A stretch of DNA of 64,000 bases, taken from contig OW569353.1 of assembly GCA_937625935.1 (NCBI GenBank), positions 248,001 to 312,000 on the forward strand, in the 5' to 3' direction. A program made the position numbers and the translations under genes. This stretch comes from Tetramitus jugosus. Lineage: Eukaryota; Protista; Heterolobosea. Below the pieces are notes generated by a model that saw only the letters and a program-made list of their open reading frames with translations, searched no databases and had not been told where the DNA came from. Shown here piece after piece: positions 10,102 through 20,376 of this stretch (position 1 is the stretch's first letter; every line of letters starts with the position of its first letter).

Positions 10102-13100
10102 GCAAGACCTTGAATGTGGTCTGGTACAACATCCGAGGGCTTAAAAGTAAACGGAGTGGTGTTGTATCAATGATGGAATCAAGCCCAGATATAGATGTGT
10201 TGATGCTCCAAGAAGCAAGCTGTGGGAATGAGAAGTTCAAGTCCTCTTTTGCACGACAGCTTGAGATGATCGGATGCTTCTTGATATACAACAAGCTGAA
10301 TGACAGAATTATGACCATTGTGAGGCGTGAAAGTGTCCAGGAATGTAGAGTGATCGCTGGCAATGGCAGACTGCTTGCTGTGGAGGTCGCTTGTGGGGAA
10401 CTCAAGATGACGTTAGTGAATCATTATGGTCCCCATAGGATGAATGAAGGAGGCCCCCACTACGTGGAAGTGAATGATATGATACGGGAGATGGCGAGTA
10501 GAGGTAAATTATTCTTTGGGGGAGACCACAATACTGTCATCAATTTGGATGATAGAAGCTCCAGTAGGTTGGACGAGAACAGTTCTCATTTTAAGGCAAT
10601 TGTCCAAGGATGTCAGCTTCACAGTGTGAACACGGTCGCTGATAGACCCCACTTCCACACCTTTTTTAGAAGAAATTATTCGTCTAGAATAGACTCTGTA
10701 TGGTGCAACTCTGCAGCTGTAGAGGTTGTTGATGACATCTGTAAGTACACTGAGAACGGAGTGTACACAGATCACATCCCTACTATGGTGAAACTGGCTT
10801 GGAAGAGGGTGGAGGTGTTAGTACCCAAAGCACCTACATTGAAATTCCCCAAAAAGGACAGCCAATTGTGGCTAACATACTCTGAGTCAATTGTCAATAA
10901 GTTGGAGAGTGGGAACCTTGAGGAGTTAGGAGTTGAGGAACAGTGTGAGATTATAACACATGCGATAACAGAGTGTGCTGGAGTCTTCCCTACCAATACG
11001 GCTCGGTCTGATGGGATAGATAATAGAAGAGTAAGACGTTGGCTGAGAGATAGAAAGAGTCTTGTGGAGCGATTGTCCTCTGACTGGTTAGGTTCACCAG
11101 GGGCGGAGCGAGTGTGTAAGGCCTATGGTGAGGTGCACTCTCAGGAGGGGATCTTGTTAACCCTGGCGAAGATAGAGTTGTTAATACAAGAGGAAAGGGC
11201 TCGTAGAGCGAACAAAAAGTTTGCCAAATGGCTTTACAAAGCCAGAACAACTGAGTTCATCGACCCGAGATTTTTCTTCAATGCAGCAACGGGTAAGAGG
11301 TCACAGAGGCTGAGGTTTAAGAGCTATAAAGAGGGAGAGTGCATTGTAACCGACCCGAGTAAAGTGGCTGAACATGCCGCTAGGTACTTCGAAGATGTGT
11401 TTGAGTATGATATAGCTGATATATCTTTCCTCAACGAATTGCCACGCAATGGAAATGGCATGGAGCAGTCTTTCTCCCAATTCAAAGTAGTAGAAGTGAA
11501 GCAGTCCTTGAAATGGCTGCGGAACGGCAAGGCCCCGGGAATTGATAGAGTATGCAATGAAATGCTGAAGCTGAGCTCTACTAAGAAGAGAGACTACAGT
11601 CATGAATTCGCGGAGGTGTTGACAACGCTATTCAATAGGATAGTTCAGACAGGAATTTTCCCAAGCAAGTGGAAGCAATGTATTATTGTACCAGCGTATA
11701 AGAAGGGGTGTCCTATGACTATATCCAATTTCCGCCCCATTTGCCTACTCAGTGGTCTATCAAAGGTTTTCACCAGATTGCTAAACCAGAGAATTTCTGA
11801 TGCGGCTGAGAAGGCAGGAGTCTTCACCAACACGCAAGGAGGGGGGAGAAAGATGAGAGACATTAGAGAAAAGCTCTCTATCATTCGTGGTGTAATCGAC
11901 CATGCTAACAGGAAGGATGGACAGTTGTATGTGCTGTTAACTGATATCTCCAAGGCATTTGATAGCGTCCCTCACAATGCTATCACAGCGGCCTACCGGT
12001 TCTTTAACTACCCTGAGCACATCGTATCTCTCATACAAAATATGTTGGAGTCAAATGTGGCTACGATTGGAACACAGTGTCGGTCGCGTAGAATCTTCAT
12101 CGACCGCGGAACAAGACAAGGTGACTCGTTATCGCCGACAACGTACGTCATCGTGCATCAACTGGTGCTGCTCTATGCTCGGATGAAGTCCTCCGGATAT
12201 CGTGCTATGTCACAACGAATTTGGAATGTGGCATACGTTGATGATTGCAATCTATTCAGTGATGACCTTGGAGATATTGAAAGAACGGCCAATGAGATGC
12301 ACAGAGCTCTTGGTTGGCTGGGTCTTAGTATGCATCCTGATAAGCTGGAGTTCTTTGCACGTAAGAGCGAGAACAAACCAGTGATCAGAGTGGCCAACAA
12401 AGAAATTGCGGCTAAAGACAGATACACGGGGTTCCGTGCACTGGGGCTTTTCACTAATCTGAGTGGGGACACGGAAGTCCAAAAGAAACAAGCTAAGGCT
12501 AAAGTGTTGCGAATATTGAACAGACTGAAGTTTATGAAGATGAGTCCGAGTCAAACAGCTCGGATTATCAACACCTGTGTTCATCCCGTGTTCCTTTTTG
12601 CTTCCGAGTTCACCCATTGGCCCAAGAAGTGGCTTAATGAGGTGGAAGGAATCGGACGCAATGCAGTGAAGCACGGGTCAGGTTCCCTCAAGAGGTTCCC
12701 CTCGGTTCTACTCTCGGTTGATAGGCACAAGGGTGGCGTTGGACTCAATGACTTCAAGGAAAGTTTAATTGCAAGGACCGCCGCATTTGTCGCCAGTATG
12801 TTGTCTGGAAAGAAGGACACTGAAGCACGAACACTACTGCTGGATACGCTTGATGATGTCAAGCAGTGCCAAACGCTCGTTAGATCGAGCCTATTCAAAT
12901 CCAGCACTCGTCTTCGTGAAGTTAAGCATACATACCTCTCCTGGTGTGCCAAGCTCCTCCACTCGTCGCGAATTATCATCAATACTGACAATGCCCACGA
13001 GTGTGAGAAGTGTAGCATTGCTTGGTGCCTCCCAACTCATGTGTCAAGAATACTCTTGCGGTCTGGCATCTCGAGAAACTCCCAACTCTTCGATGGGGAC

Positions 13101-13949
13101 GGAGTTATGGTCATACCTTACATGGAGGCAAAGAAAAGATACCATATGAAAGGGATTGGTCCGGCAAAGTACAGAATAGTGCAAGCCTACCTGGAACTGC
13201 TTGGAAAGCCGTGCAATGAGTCGCTGCTCGCTAGAAGAACTAGTAAGACGGAAATCAAGGTGCTAGCTAATGGTGTGGTCAACGAGAATCCCAACATTCG
13301 AGAAGGAGTAGTGGAATCATTTGTAAAACAGAGGACAGAATTTATTGGATTGAATGGAGGATGGTGGCTTGATTCGGAGTTGCAGAAGTCAGTGGAGTGG
13401 AACTATTTCTTGAAATGTCCTTTTGGATTGGACAGGAAGGAGCTGTGGTTCTACCACCAGGTCAGGAGTGGTACCTTGCATACGAAAGTGGTCATGCAGA
13501 AGTTGTACAATGCCATAGGTGATGTTACATGCTCTCTTTGTGGCAAAAGCCCCGAGACCATCATTCATCTGCTGGTTGAGTGTGATTATGCCAAAGCAGC
13601 AAGAAGTAAAGTGGCAGAGGAACTAAAAGACAAGTTGAAAAGGATGAAACCACCAGACACTGCCAAGTTGGTTCTATGGTTCGACGATGCACTGTTTGTG
13701 GGAGGGGAGATCCAACCACGAAACGTCAAAAGATCTGCCGAGGGACTTCTGGAAGGTCTGATGGGTAAAGAGGAAGACTTTAGGGGGGAACTTCTGGAGG
13801 AACTGAAGCTTAAAGGATGCAAGAAGAGGGAGGCAGAGAAAAGGATTAAGGGAGTCGTCGACTCAACCAAACGTGCCTGCATCAAGGCACTATACAAGGT
13901 GTATATCAATTCTGTTGTGAAGAGAGATGAAACACTGCTCATCACCTAA
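10098..13949 (+). CDS. Retrotransposon ORF2: AP-like endonuclease + reverse transcriptase + C-terminal CCHC zinc motif
   Basis: APE motifs YNIRGL, LMLQE, GGDHN, SRID, TDH. RT motifs KAPGID, FRPICLL, DISKAFDSV, GTRQGDSLSP, AYVDD. Zinc motif CSLC..ETIIHLLVEC. Confidence 0.97.
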   Translation: MSKTLNVVWYNIRGLKSKRSGVVSMMESSPDIDVLMLQEASCGNEKFKSSFARQLEMIGCFLIYNKLNDRIMTIVRRESVQECRVIAGNGRLLAVEVACGELKMTLVNHYGPHRMNEGGPHYVEVNDMIREMASRGKLFFGGDHNTVINLDDRSSSRLDENSSHFKAIVQGCQLHSVNTVADRPHFHTFFRRNYSSRIDSVWCNSAAVEVVDDICKYTENGVYTDHIPTMVKLAWKRVEVLVPKAPTLKFPKKDSQLWLTYSESIVNKLESGNLEELGVEEQCEIITHAITECAGVFPTNTARSDGIDNRRVRRWLRDRKSLVERLSSDWLGSPGAERVCKAYGEVHSQEGILLTLAKIELLIQEERARRANKKFAKWLYKARTTEFIDPRFFFNAATGKRSQRLRFKSYKEGECIVTDPSKVAEHAARYFEDVFEYDIADISFLNELPRNGNGMEQSFSQFKVVEVKQSLKWLRNGKAPGIDRVCNEMLKLSSTKKRDYSHEFAEVLTTLFNRIVQTGIFPSKWKQCIIVPAYKKGCPMTISNFRPICLLSGLSKVFTRLLNQRISDAAEKAGVFTNTQGGGRKMRDIREKLSIIRGVIDHANRKDGQLYVLLTDISKAFDSVPHNAITAAYRFFNYPEHIVSLIQNMLESNVATIGTQCRSRRIFIDRGTRQGDSLSPTTYVIVHQLVLLYARMKSSGYRAMSQRIWNVAYVDDCNLFSDDLGDIERTANEMHRALGWLGLSMHPDKLEFFARKSENKPVIRVANKEIAAKDRYTGFRALGLFTNLSGDTEVQKKQAKAKVLRILNRLKFMKMSPSQTARIINTCVHPVFLFASEFTHWPKKWLNEVEGIGRNAVKHGSGSLKRFPSVLLSVDRHKGGVGLNDFKESLIARTAAFVASMLSGKKDTEARTLLLDTLDDVKQCQTLVRSSLFKSSTRLREVKHTYLSWCAKLLHSSRIIINTDNAHECEKCSIAWCLPTHVSRILLRSGISRNSQLFDGDGVMVIPYMEAKKRYHMKGIGPAKYRIVQAYLELLGKPCNESLLARRTSKTEIKVLANGVVNENPNIREGVVESFVKQRTEFIGLNGGWWLDSELQKSVEWNYFLKCPFGLDRKELWFYHQVRSGTLHTKVVMQKLYNAIGDVTCSLCGKSPETIIHLLVECDYAKAARSKVAEELKDKLKRMKPPDTAKLVLWFDDALFVGGEIQPRNVKRSAEGLLEGLMGKEEDFRGELLEELKLKGCKKREAEKRIKGVVDSTKRACIKALYKVYINSVVKRDETLLIT

Positions 13950-14045
13950 CGGTGCTGAGCGGAATCATGTCTCACTGTGGTGTATAGAATAAAGTGGCAA
14001 CAAATGTTGTATGGAAAAAAAAAAAAAAAAAAACATGCGCTTTGC

Positions 14046-15559
14046 GCAAAAGGTACTGATAATCCTGAATCGGTTGAGGATGCTGAAGTTGGGGCCAAGT
14101 CAGGCAGCGAGAATAGTGAACACATGCGTCCATCCTGTATTATTGTTTGCTTCAGAGTTCACCCATTGGCCAAAGAAGTGGCTAAATGAAATTGAGGGGA
14201 TTGGCAGTGAAACATGGATCGAGTGCCATGAAAAGGTTTCCTTCTTTGCTGCTGTCAGTAGAGAGGGACAAGGGCGGCATTGGACTCAATGAATTCAAAG
14301 AGAGTCTGACGGCAAAGATCTCTGCCTTTGTCGTGGGTATGCTACAAGGTAAGAGACACGGAAGCACGAACACTTCTGTTGGATACGCTTGATGATGTCA
14401 AGCAATCGCAAACACTCGTTCGATCGAGCATATTTCAATCCAACAATCGTCTTTGTGAGACCAAGCACTCTTACCTGACGTGGTGTGCCAAACTCCTACA
14501 TGGTTCGAAGGTTCGTCTGGGTCCTTTAGGAGAGCACGAAGGTGGGAAATGTAGTATAGGGTGGCATCTCCCTACGGGAGACGCAAAACTACTCATTCAA
14601 AGTGGCATCACCGAAAACTCCCAACTCTTCGATGATGATGGGGTAATGGTGATGTCGTTAGAGGAAGCAAAAAGGAGGTTCAAGTTGAAGGGCATCGGCC
14701 CAGCAAGATACTCAAGGATAAGGGCTTACCTGGAAATTCTTGGCAAGCCATGCGATAAGAGATGGAAGGAGCGGAGAATAACGAATGACACTCTGGAAGT
14801 GTTGATAGATGATAAAGCGTTGAGCAATACGAATGTCAGAGAAAGTCTAGAGGAGCATTTCGTGCAGATGAGGGCAAAATCGATTGAGTCTGAGTCTGGA
14901 TGGAGGTTGGAGGCCGAATTACAGAAAGAAAGTGAGTGGAATGAATTCCTCAAGTGCCCATTCGGTCTAGAAAGAAATGAACTGGTTTTACCACCAAGTC
15001 AGAAGTGGTACTCTCCACACAAAGACTGTACTGCGTGACTTGTATGAGCCGTTGATAGAGACCATGTGTGTTCACTGCGGGAGCGCGCCAGAGACTATCA
15101 CCCACCTACTAGTGGAATGTGATGAAGCCAAAAGGGCAATAAAGGAACTGGTTGAGGAATTCAAGGCCAAGTTGGACAAGTTGGAGTTTATGAGACCAGC
15201 CAAGTTGAAGATATGGTTCGACGATGTGGTTTACGATGACGGGAAATTGGTACCACAAAGTCCAAGTCGCTCCACTGAAGAAATCTTAGCTGGATTAATG
15301 GGAAAAGAGGATGACCAAAAGGAGGTGTTGATGAAGGAGCTGGTTGTGCATGGTCGCAAGAAGAGGGAAACAAAAGTTAAAAGGCTGGTGAATGCAATGA
15401 AGAGGTCTTGCATCAAACGGTTACACAAAGTCTGGAGAGACTCAGTAGCGAAGAGAGGTGAACAATAGCTCAGAACCTGCGGTTCTGAGCGACAACACGT
15501 CTCACTGTAGTGTATAGAATAAAGGGGCAACAATTGTTGTATGGAAAAAAAAAACAAAC
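14046..15559 (+). mobile_element. 5'-truncated, frameshifted, diverged second copy (sister subfamily) of the same LINE
   Basis: Four staggered ORF fragments (14011-15468) align to the last third of ORF2 (NTCVHPV..FASEFTHWPKKWLNE, DTEARTLLLDTLDDVKQ, WFYHQVRSGTLHTK, CVHC..ETITHLLVEC). Near-identical 3' end, degraded A-tail, and TSD ACATGCGCTTTGCG on both sides. Confidence 0.92.
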
Positions 15560-15696
15560 ACATGCGCTTTGCGGATTGTATAACAAATAAAAAAATATGT
15601 AACATGCGCTTTGCGGAGCTCAGGATGGGAACGGTGCTTGCCAGAAACGTGGCTTGATAATGTTGTGTTAAGAACAAGTCCGAACAATAAATCCCT

Positions 15697-18060
15697 TTAT
15701 TCTTCGGGTTCATTCGTCAGAAATCCGAGTTGACCCCTCTCTTCTTGAAATTTTTCATAGGCAAGCAGGAGGAGAGTAATGAGATGTTGCAAGTGTAATT
15801 CCATACCAGAATCAGAAATATTTGTTTGGACCCTGGAAGCATCGCGTGTGCAATCGTAGTTGTCACAACATCTCACGAGACATTGTTCGATGCGTTGTTC
15901 GGCTTCCTCTCTTTCACATAATGAGAGAGAATCTTGTGACCTTTCAAAAGCAGACCTTGCGAGTTTTTCAACGACGAAGCGGCACGCCACTCCTGCTGGT
16001 GCATCCTCGCCGTGGCACTGTTCAATGTCGTTGATAAACTGTTCTAGGAGTGTTTCAGTTTTGTTCCAAAAATTGGCAATCTGAACAGATACAATCGAAG
16101 GACAATGAATGAGAACCATCATGGTTTCGACTGCGCTGGACTCAACAATCCTCGGGTGCTGGAGGATCTTGGTGTTAAAATTTAGGAACCTCAACTGATT
16201 CATGCGATGAGGGAAAGTGATGGACTTGTAGGGAATAGATACACTCCTGAGATTTGGACAATTACGGAAGACCATGTCAAGGGATGATGGAGTTGTTGAC
16301 TCGCATTGGAATGTGCGCAGCTTTGGACAATGCTCGAGCATCAGATTGAGACATTGTTGTTCAAGACCATGATAGGTGAATTCCTCGAGATTCATGTGTT
16401 CATAGAATATATCATCAATTGGATCACATTTGCCCAGGTACCCAATCCTGGACACTACTAACTTTCTCAAGTTCTCAGGTTGAAGTTGTAGAATCGTGGA
16501 TATGCTCGTGGCATATTGACAAAAGAATGACAGTTCGATTAATCCGGGACATGAGGTCAATATAGCACCTACATCTTCTGGAGTGATCATGCTCTGAATG
16601 GTGAGCTTTCGTAGATGGCCACAAACATCAACCACTTGCTTGATTGTTAGGTTTCCCATCAGTGCTCGAAACACCAAACTTTGCATTCGATTGAACAAGT
16701 TCAATTCATGATCTCTCACTACCAGATTGCATCCTGAAGCAGAGAACGATCTCACACAATTATTGCCACACATGTCACCAATACTCACAGTGGGTGTATT
16801 CAGAGAGTAGATTTGCCCACTAACACCAAAGTGAATGGCTTCAAGATGAGGAGCCACTAAAGTACCAACAGGATCCGTATTCGAAATGGAAGTTGATGCC
16901 AATGCCCCTCTTTCTTGCTGTATAAGCACTCTTAAGTACTTCAGTGAATGTCTTCGGGCATTGACAATGAGAGGTGCGAGTTGAATCATGTTGTTCATCA
17001 TGTAATGCTCGAGAGTGAGAGTGGATAGCTTGGGACAACCATTGATCATCTCTAGCACACTCTCATTATCAATCTTATCGATAACACCAGACGTTAACAA
17101 GTAGTTGAATTTTTGGTAGGATCCATAGTACGCTGGATCTCTTGCGATAAATGTCAAGCTCTCCACTTGCTTACAATACTTTCCCAAGGCTGATAGCAAA
17201 TGTTTTGTTGCTGGTAGAGAGTGAATGGATAAAGATCGCACATTGGGTGACTTCTGACAAAGCCCTACCAGGAAATCGCAGCAAAACTGAGATTGGTGGG
17301 TATGGCCTTGGACACGATGATACTGAATAAGCTCCAGAGATGGATACATTGGAGAAGAGCTATCATCGTTGAGTTTTTGCATCGCAGACGCACTACTGTC
17401 GCTACAGCTGTTCAGCAAATGGTGTTCATGGACTGTAAAGGACAATCGAAATTCCTTGAGTCGTGTACATGGTTGCAAAACACGGCCCAAGAGCTCTAGA
17501 TCCACGATCGAACAACGAATGGACAGTGAGTGTAGATTATGCAATACTTCTGGATTGAACGTGCACAACTTGTTCAACAAGCCATGGATGAACACTGCGC
17601 AGTCTCGTGTTTTCCAACCAACAAACTGAATGCTTCTGAAGTGACACACGTGCATCATTTCATACAAGTAGTTCATTTGTTGAGTGTAAAGACTACTACG
17701 ACAAGGATCACAATCTATTGATGAATTTTCAGCAACTGCACCGGTCTCCCATTGTTCTTCTTTTTGTTCGTTCCGCTGAACTTGCTCCAGCGAGCTGTTG
17801 TGTTTGGTACTCTGCTGAGTGAATAGTTCTCGATTGCGCAACACAATTTGAATCTTGCCATAGTACCAGAACTCTGCCGAGTGAACCCTGCCGTACATGT
17901 TACTATTCAATAGTGACAACAGAAAGAAGTAGAAGTAGACTGCAGAGAGAGAAGACGATGAAAATGAATTGTCAAACAGGAATTCACCCACTTGATGGTA
18001 GATCTCTGTTGGCAGCATATCAAAGCCAATAACACTTGATTCATGTTTGTCCTCGGCCAT
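15697..18060 (-). CDS. F-box/leucine-rich repeat protein
   Basis: F-box-like FDMLPTEIYHQVGEFL followed by cysteine-containing LRRs (CPKLSTL, CPGLIEL, CPKLRTF, CPNLRSV). First ATG at 18060. Confidence 0.8.
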   Translation of the reverse strand: MAEDKHESSVIGFDMLPTEIYHQVGEFLFDNSFSSSSLSAVYFYFFLLSLLNSNMYGRVHSAEFWYYGKIQIVLRNRELFTQQSTKHNSSLEQVQRNEQKEEQWETGAVAENSSIDCDPCRSSLYTQQMNYLYEMMHVCHFRSIQFVGWKTRDCAVFIHGLLNKLCTFNPEVLHNLHSLSIRCSIVDLELLGRVLQPCTRLKEFRLSFTVHEHHLLNSCSDSSASAMQKLNDDSSSPMYPSLELIQYHRVQGHTHQSQFCCDFLVGLCQKSPNVRSLSIHSLPATKHLLSALGKYCKQVESLTFIARDPAYYGSYQKFNYLLTSGVIDKIDNESVLEMINGCPKLSTLTLEHYMMNNMIQLAPLIVNARRHSLKYLRVLIQQERGALASTSISNTDPVGTLVAPHLEAIHFGVSGQIYSLNTPTVSIGDMCGNNCVRSFSASGCNLVVRDHELNLFNRMQSLVFRALMGNLTIKQVVDVCGHLRKLTIQSMITPEDVGAILTSCPGLIELSFFCQYATSISTILQLQPENLRKLVVSRIGYLGKCDPIDDIFYEHMNLEEFTYHGLEQQCLNLMLEHCPKLRTFQCESTTPSSLDMVFRNCPNLRSVSIPYKSITFPHRMNQLRFLNFNTKILQHPRIVESSAVETMMVLIHCPSIVSVQIANFWNKTETLLEQFINDIEQCHGEDAPAGVACRFVVEKLARSAFERSQDSLSLCEREEAEQRIEQCLVRCCDNYDCTRDASRVQTNISDSGMELHLQHLITLLLLAYEKFQEERGQLGFLTNEPEE

Positions 18061-18979
18061 CCTCTCTTTGGTTTGTTTTGGAAGTTCGTCCAGACAAGAA
18101 ACTTGGCTCGAGAAATTCTCCGTGTTGCCCTGTGTGGATGCGTTAGCAGGCAATTGACGCAAGAAGGAAGCTAGTAAAGAGATCAGTGGAAACTCAGACT
18201 ACATCCAGACTCTGTGATTGATTTGTAGTTCAAGAAGCAAACAGGAGCAACACCCTTATATTGATGCGAATGACAAAGCGGAAAGAAGAATAATCTGGGT
18301 TTCCATCCTGTGGAGTGGTTCGACCTCAGAAGAATTGGATGTCAATCCCACACAATAATGTCAATGGACTGCTCTGCGTTTGGCTCTCCGACAAGGCCTG
18401 AAAATTTTATCCTGTTATAATAAAATGGTCCCCGCCAAAATTAGAATTTTTTGTTCAATTTCCCGCAGTGAATGTAAAAGTCCGCGCTTCAACGGAAAAA
18501 AAGTGAGAGCACAGCTACGACCATCGCCCAGACGCGTCATACTTTAAATATGGGACTAGCGAGAAGGAGTTGAGGAGATACATAAAAATGCTTCGTAAAA
18601 AATCCTCTTTAGTGAGGACAACCAATCTGCGGGATTCCACCATTGGACACTACTTTGATGTTGGTCATGAGATTGGGTACAGTCATGATGGCAAAGTGTG
18701 TACATGGGTGTGTGTAGTAATTGAAAAAATTAGTCGTGAGATTCACCTGTATCCATGTGGAGCAAAGGTCGAAGGTGGTCGTTTGATAAGGATACCTCCG
18801 CTGTGAAACTTAGAGTGCTGTAAATAAACAATAACAATTAACATGTTCTTTTTCCTGGCAAGCGTTTCTTGAGCTCAAATCTGGAGCATTGTTCTTCAAT
18901 ACCCACGATAAACAACAAGAATCAAAGATTTTATTTCCAAAAACCCGAACAAGAAGACAAATACCATCGCGCAACAATC

Positions 18980-20233
18980 ATGCAGTTCCTCAACAATGAT
19001 TTAGTGTTTAGCCCCTTGCAATACAAGTTTCTTCACCTGCCTGGTGATGCTTTTGGAGTCAAGCAATTGCATTCCCGTGCCAACGCATATGAACCCATCA
19101 TTTCACACGCCAACCAAAAGCCCATTCTAGTGACGGGTGTTGGTGGGTTCATTGCCTGCCACATACTCGAAGTGTTATTCAGTCGGGGATACTCTGTCAG
19201 AGGCACTGTTAGGTCAAAAAATCCAGACCGCATTCGACACATTACTGACATTTATAACAAGTGGAAACAGGAGAAACCAGAGATTCAATTGGAGTTGTTT
19301 GAGGCTGATTTGTTGAGTGAGGGATCGTTTGATGATGCCATCAATGGATGTGACTATGTTTTGCATGTAGCTTCTCCGTTTGTTCTGGATGTGCAAGATA
19401 AGCAGAGGGATTTGATTGAGCCTGCAAAATCGGGCACGTTGAATGTTTTGAGATCATGTGCCAAGCTCGGAGTGAAGAAGGTAGTTGTGACATCGTCCAT
19501 TGCTTCGATTACAGCGGCAGGTGTGCTCTCAAGTACCACTCCCATGAAACTTTTTAATGAGAATGATTGGAACGAAGAGTCATCCATCGATCACAATCCT
19601 TACTATTTCAGCAAGAAATTGGCTGAAGAGGCCGCATGGACTTTTATGAAAGAGCTAAAGGAGAGTGATCCACGCAATACGATGCAACTTGTAGTCATCA
19701 ATCCAACTTTGGTCTGGGGTCCTAGTCACACTAAAACCGTGAATCAGAGCGTATCTGTGATGAGTGAGATATGCCATGGCAACTTCCCATTTATTTTCAA
19801 TTTCAGTTGGTGCTCTGTTGATGTTCGAGATGTAGCTGAGGCACACGTACGAGCTATTGAGAATCCTAATGTCAATGGTCGATACCTTTGTGGCAACGAG
19901 ACTGTTTCTATGAACTACATTTGCGAGGTCATTCGCAAGCATTTCCCAGAACAAAGAAATGTACCGAATTTTTCATTGACTGGCAAAGTGGGTGATCTTC
20001 TCGTTGTTGCTGACTCTCTCAGAAGGCCATCAGGATTGGGTACCTATTTGAGATCCAACATTGGTAAGATTGTTTTTGTCGACAATTCAAAGATTGTGAA
20101 TGACATGGGCATGTCGTTCCGAAACATGGAACAAACCATTGTTGACACTGTGCAAAATCTGAGCAACCTTGGTCTCATTCCAAACAACACACCATCATCC
20201 TCTCAACCACCACGACTTGCCAGTAAATTGTAA
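18980..20233 (+). CDS. NAD(P)-dependent epimerase/reductase, dihydroflavonol/cinnamoyl-CoA reductase-like extended SDR
   Basis: Motifs LVTGVGGFIACH, VLHVASP, VVTSS, catalytic YYFSKKLAE, INPTLVWGP and VDVRDVAEAH. Confidence 0.9.
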   Translation: MQFLNNDLVFSPLQYKFLHLPGDAFGVKQLHSRANAYEPIISHANQKPILVTGVGGFIACHILEVLFSRGYSVRGTVRSKNPDRIRHITDIYNKWKQEKPEIQLELFEADLLSEGSFDDAINGCDYVLHVASPFVLDVQDKQRDLIEPAKSGTLNVLRSCAKLGVKKVVVTSSIASITAAGVLSSTTPMKLFNENDWNEESSIDHNPYYFSKKLAEEAAWTFMKELKESDPRNTMQLVVINPTLVWGPSHTKTVNQSVSVMSEICHGNFPFIFNFSWCSVDVRDVAEAHVRAIENPNVNGRYLCGNETVSMNYICEVIRKHFPEQRNVPNFSLTGKVGDLLVVADSLRRPSGLGTYLRSNIGKIVFVDNSKIVNDMGMSFRNMEQTIVDTVQNLSNLGLIPNNTPSSSQPPRLASKL

Positions 20234-20376
20234 GCAACCAACAACTTCAGATCAAACAAAAAAAGCTCAAGACCAAAACTCCACGGACAAAAACAAAAAA
20301 ATCATCACCACCACAACAAATAACAACAACAACAACACCATCCCTCATATCATATACACATTAAAATTCAATCAAC

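Larger units (their letters stand above)
9043..14033 (+). mobile_element. Apparently intact two-ORF non-LTR retrotransposon (APE-RT, L1/Tx1-like) inserted head-to-head upstream of tRNA-Ser
   Basis: Contains ORF1 and ORF2, AATAAA at 13988-13993 and an A19 tail at 14015-14033. Flanked by direct repeat ACATGCGCTTTGC at 9030-9042 and 14033-14045. Confidence 0.95.
9030..15617 (+). repeat. Four copies of target-site duplication ACATGCGCTTTGC(GGA) at 9030-9042, 14033-14046, 15560-15575 and 15602-15617
   Basis: Read directly from the sequence; each copy sits at an insertion boundary. Confidence 0.93.

Noticed and set aside
14046-15468. Second LINE segment as an assembly duplicate or a programmed-frameshift gene
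   Set aside because: It is too diverged from copy 1 to be an artefact. It lacks APE and the RT core, and its frameshifts are short deletions typical of decay.
9030-15617. Repeated ACATGCGCTTTGC read as a CRISPR-like repeat or LTR
   Set aside because: The repeats are 13-16 bp, follow poly(A) tails and bound LINE copies, so they are TSDs. There are no cas genes or LTR features.
18570-18806. Short ORF with faint resemblance to a kinase N-lobe (YFDVGHEIG)
   Set aside because: No intact glycine loop, VAIK or downstream kinase sequence; cannot be supported.
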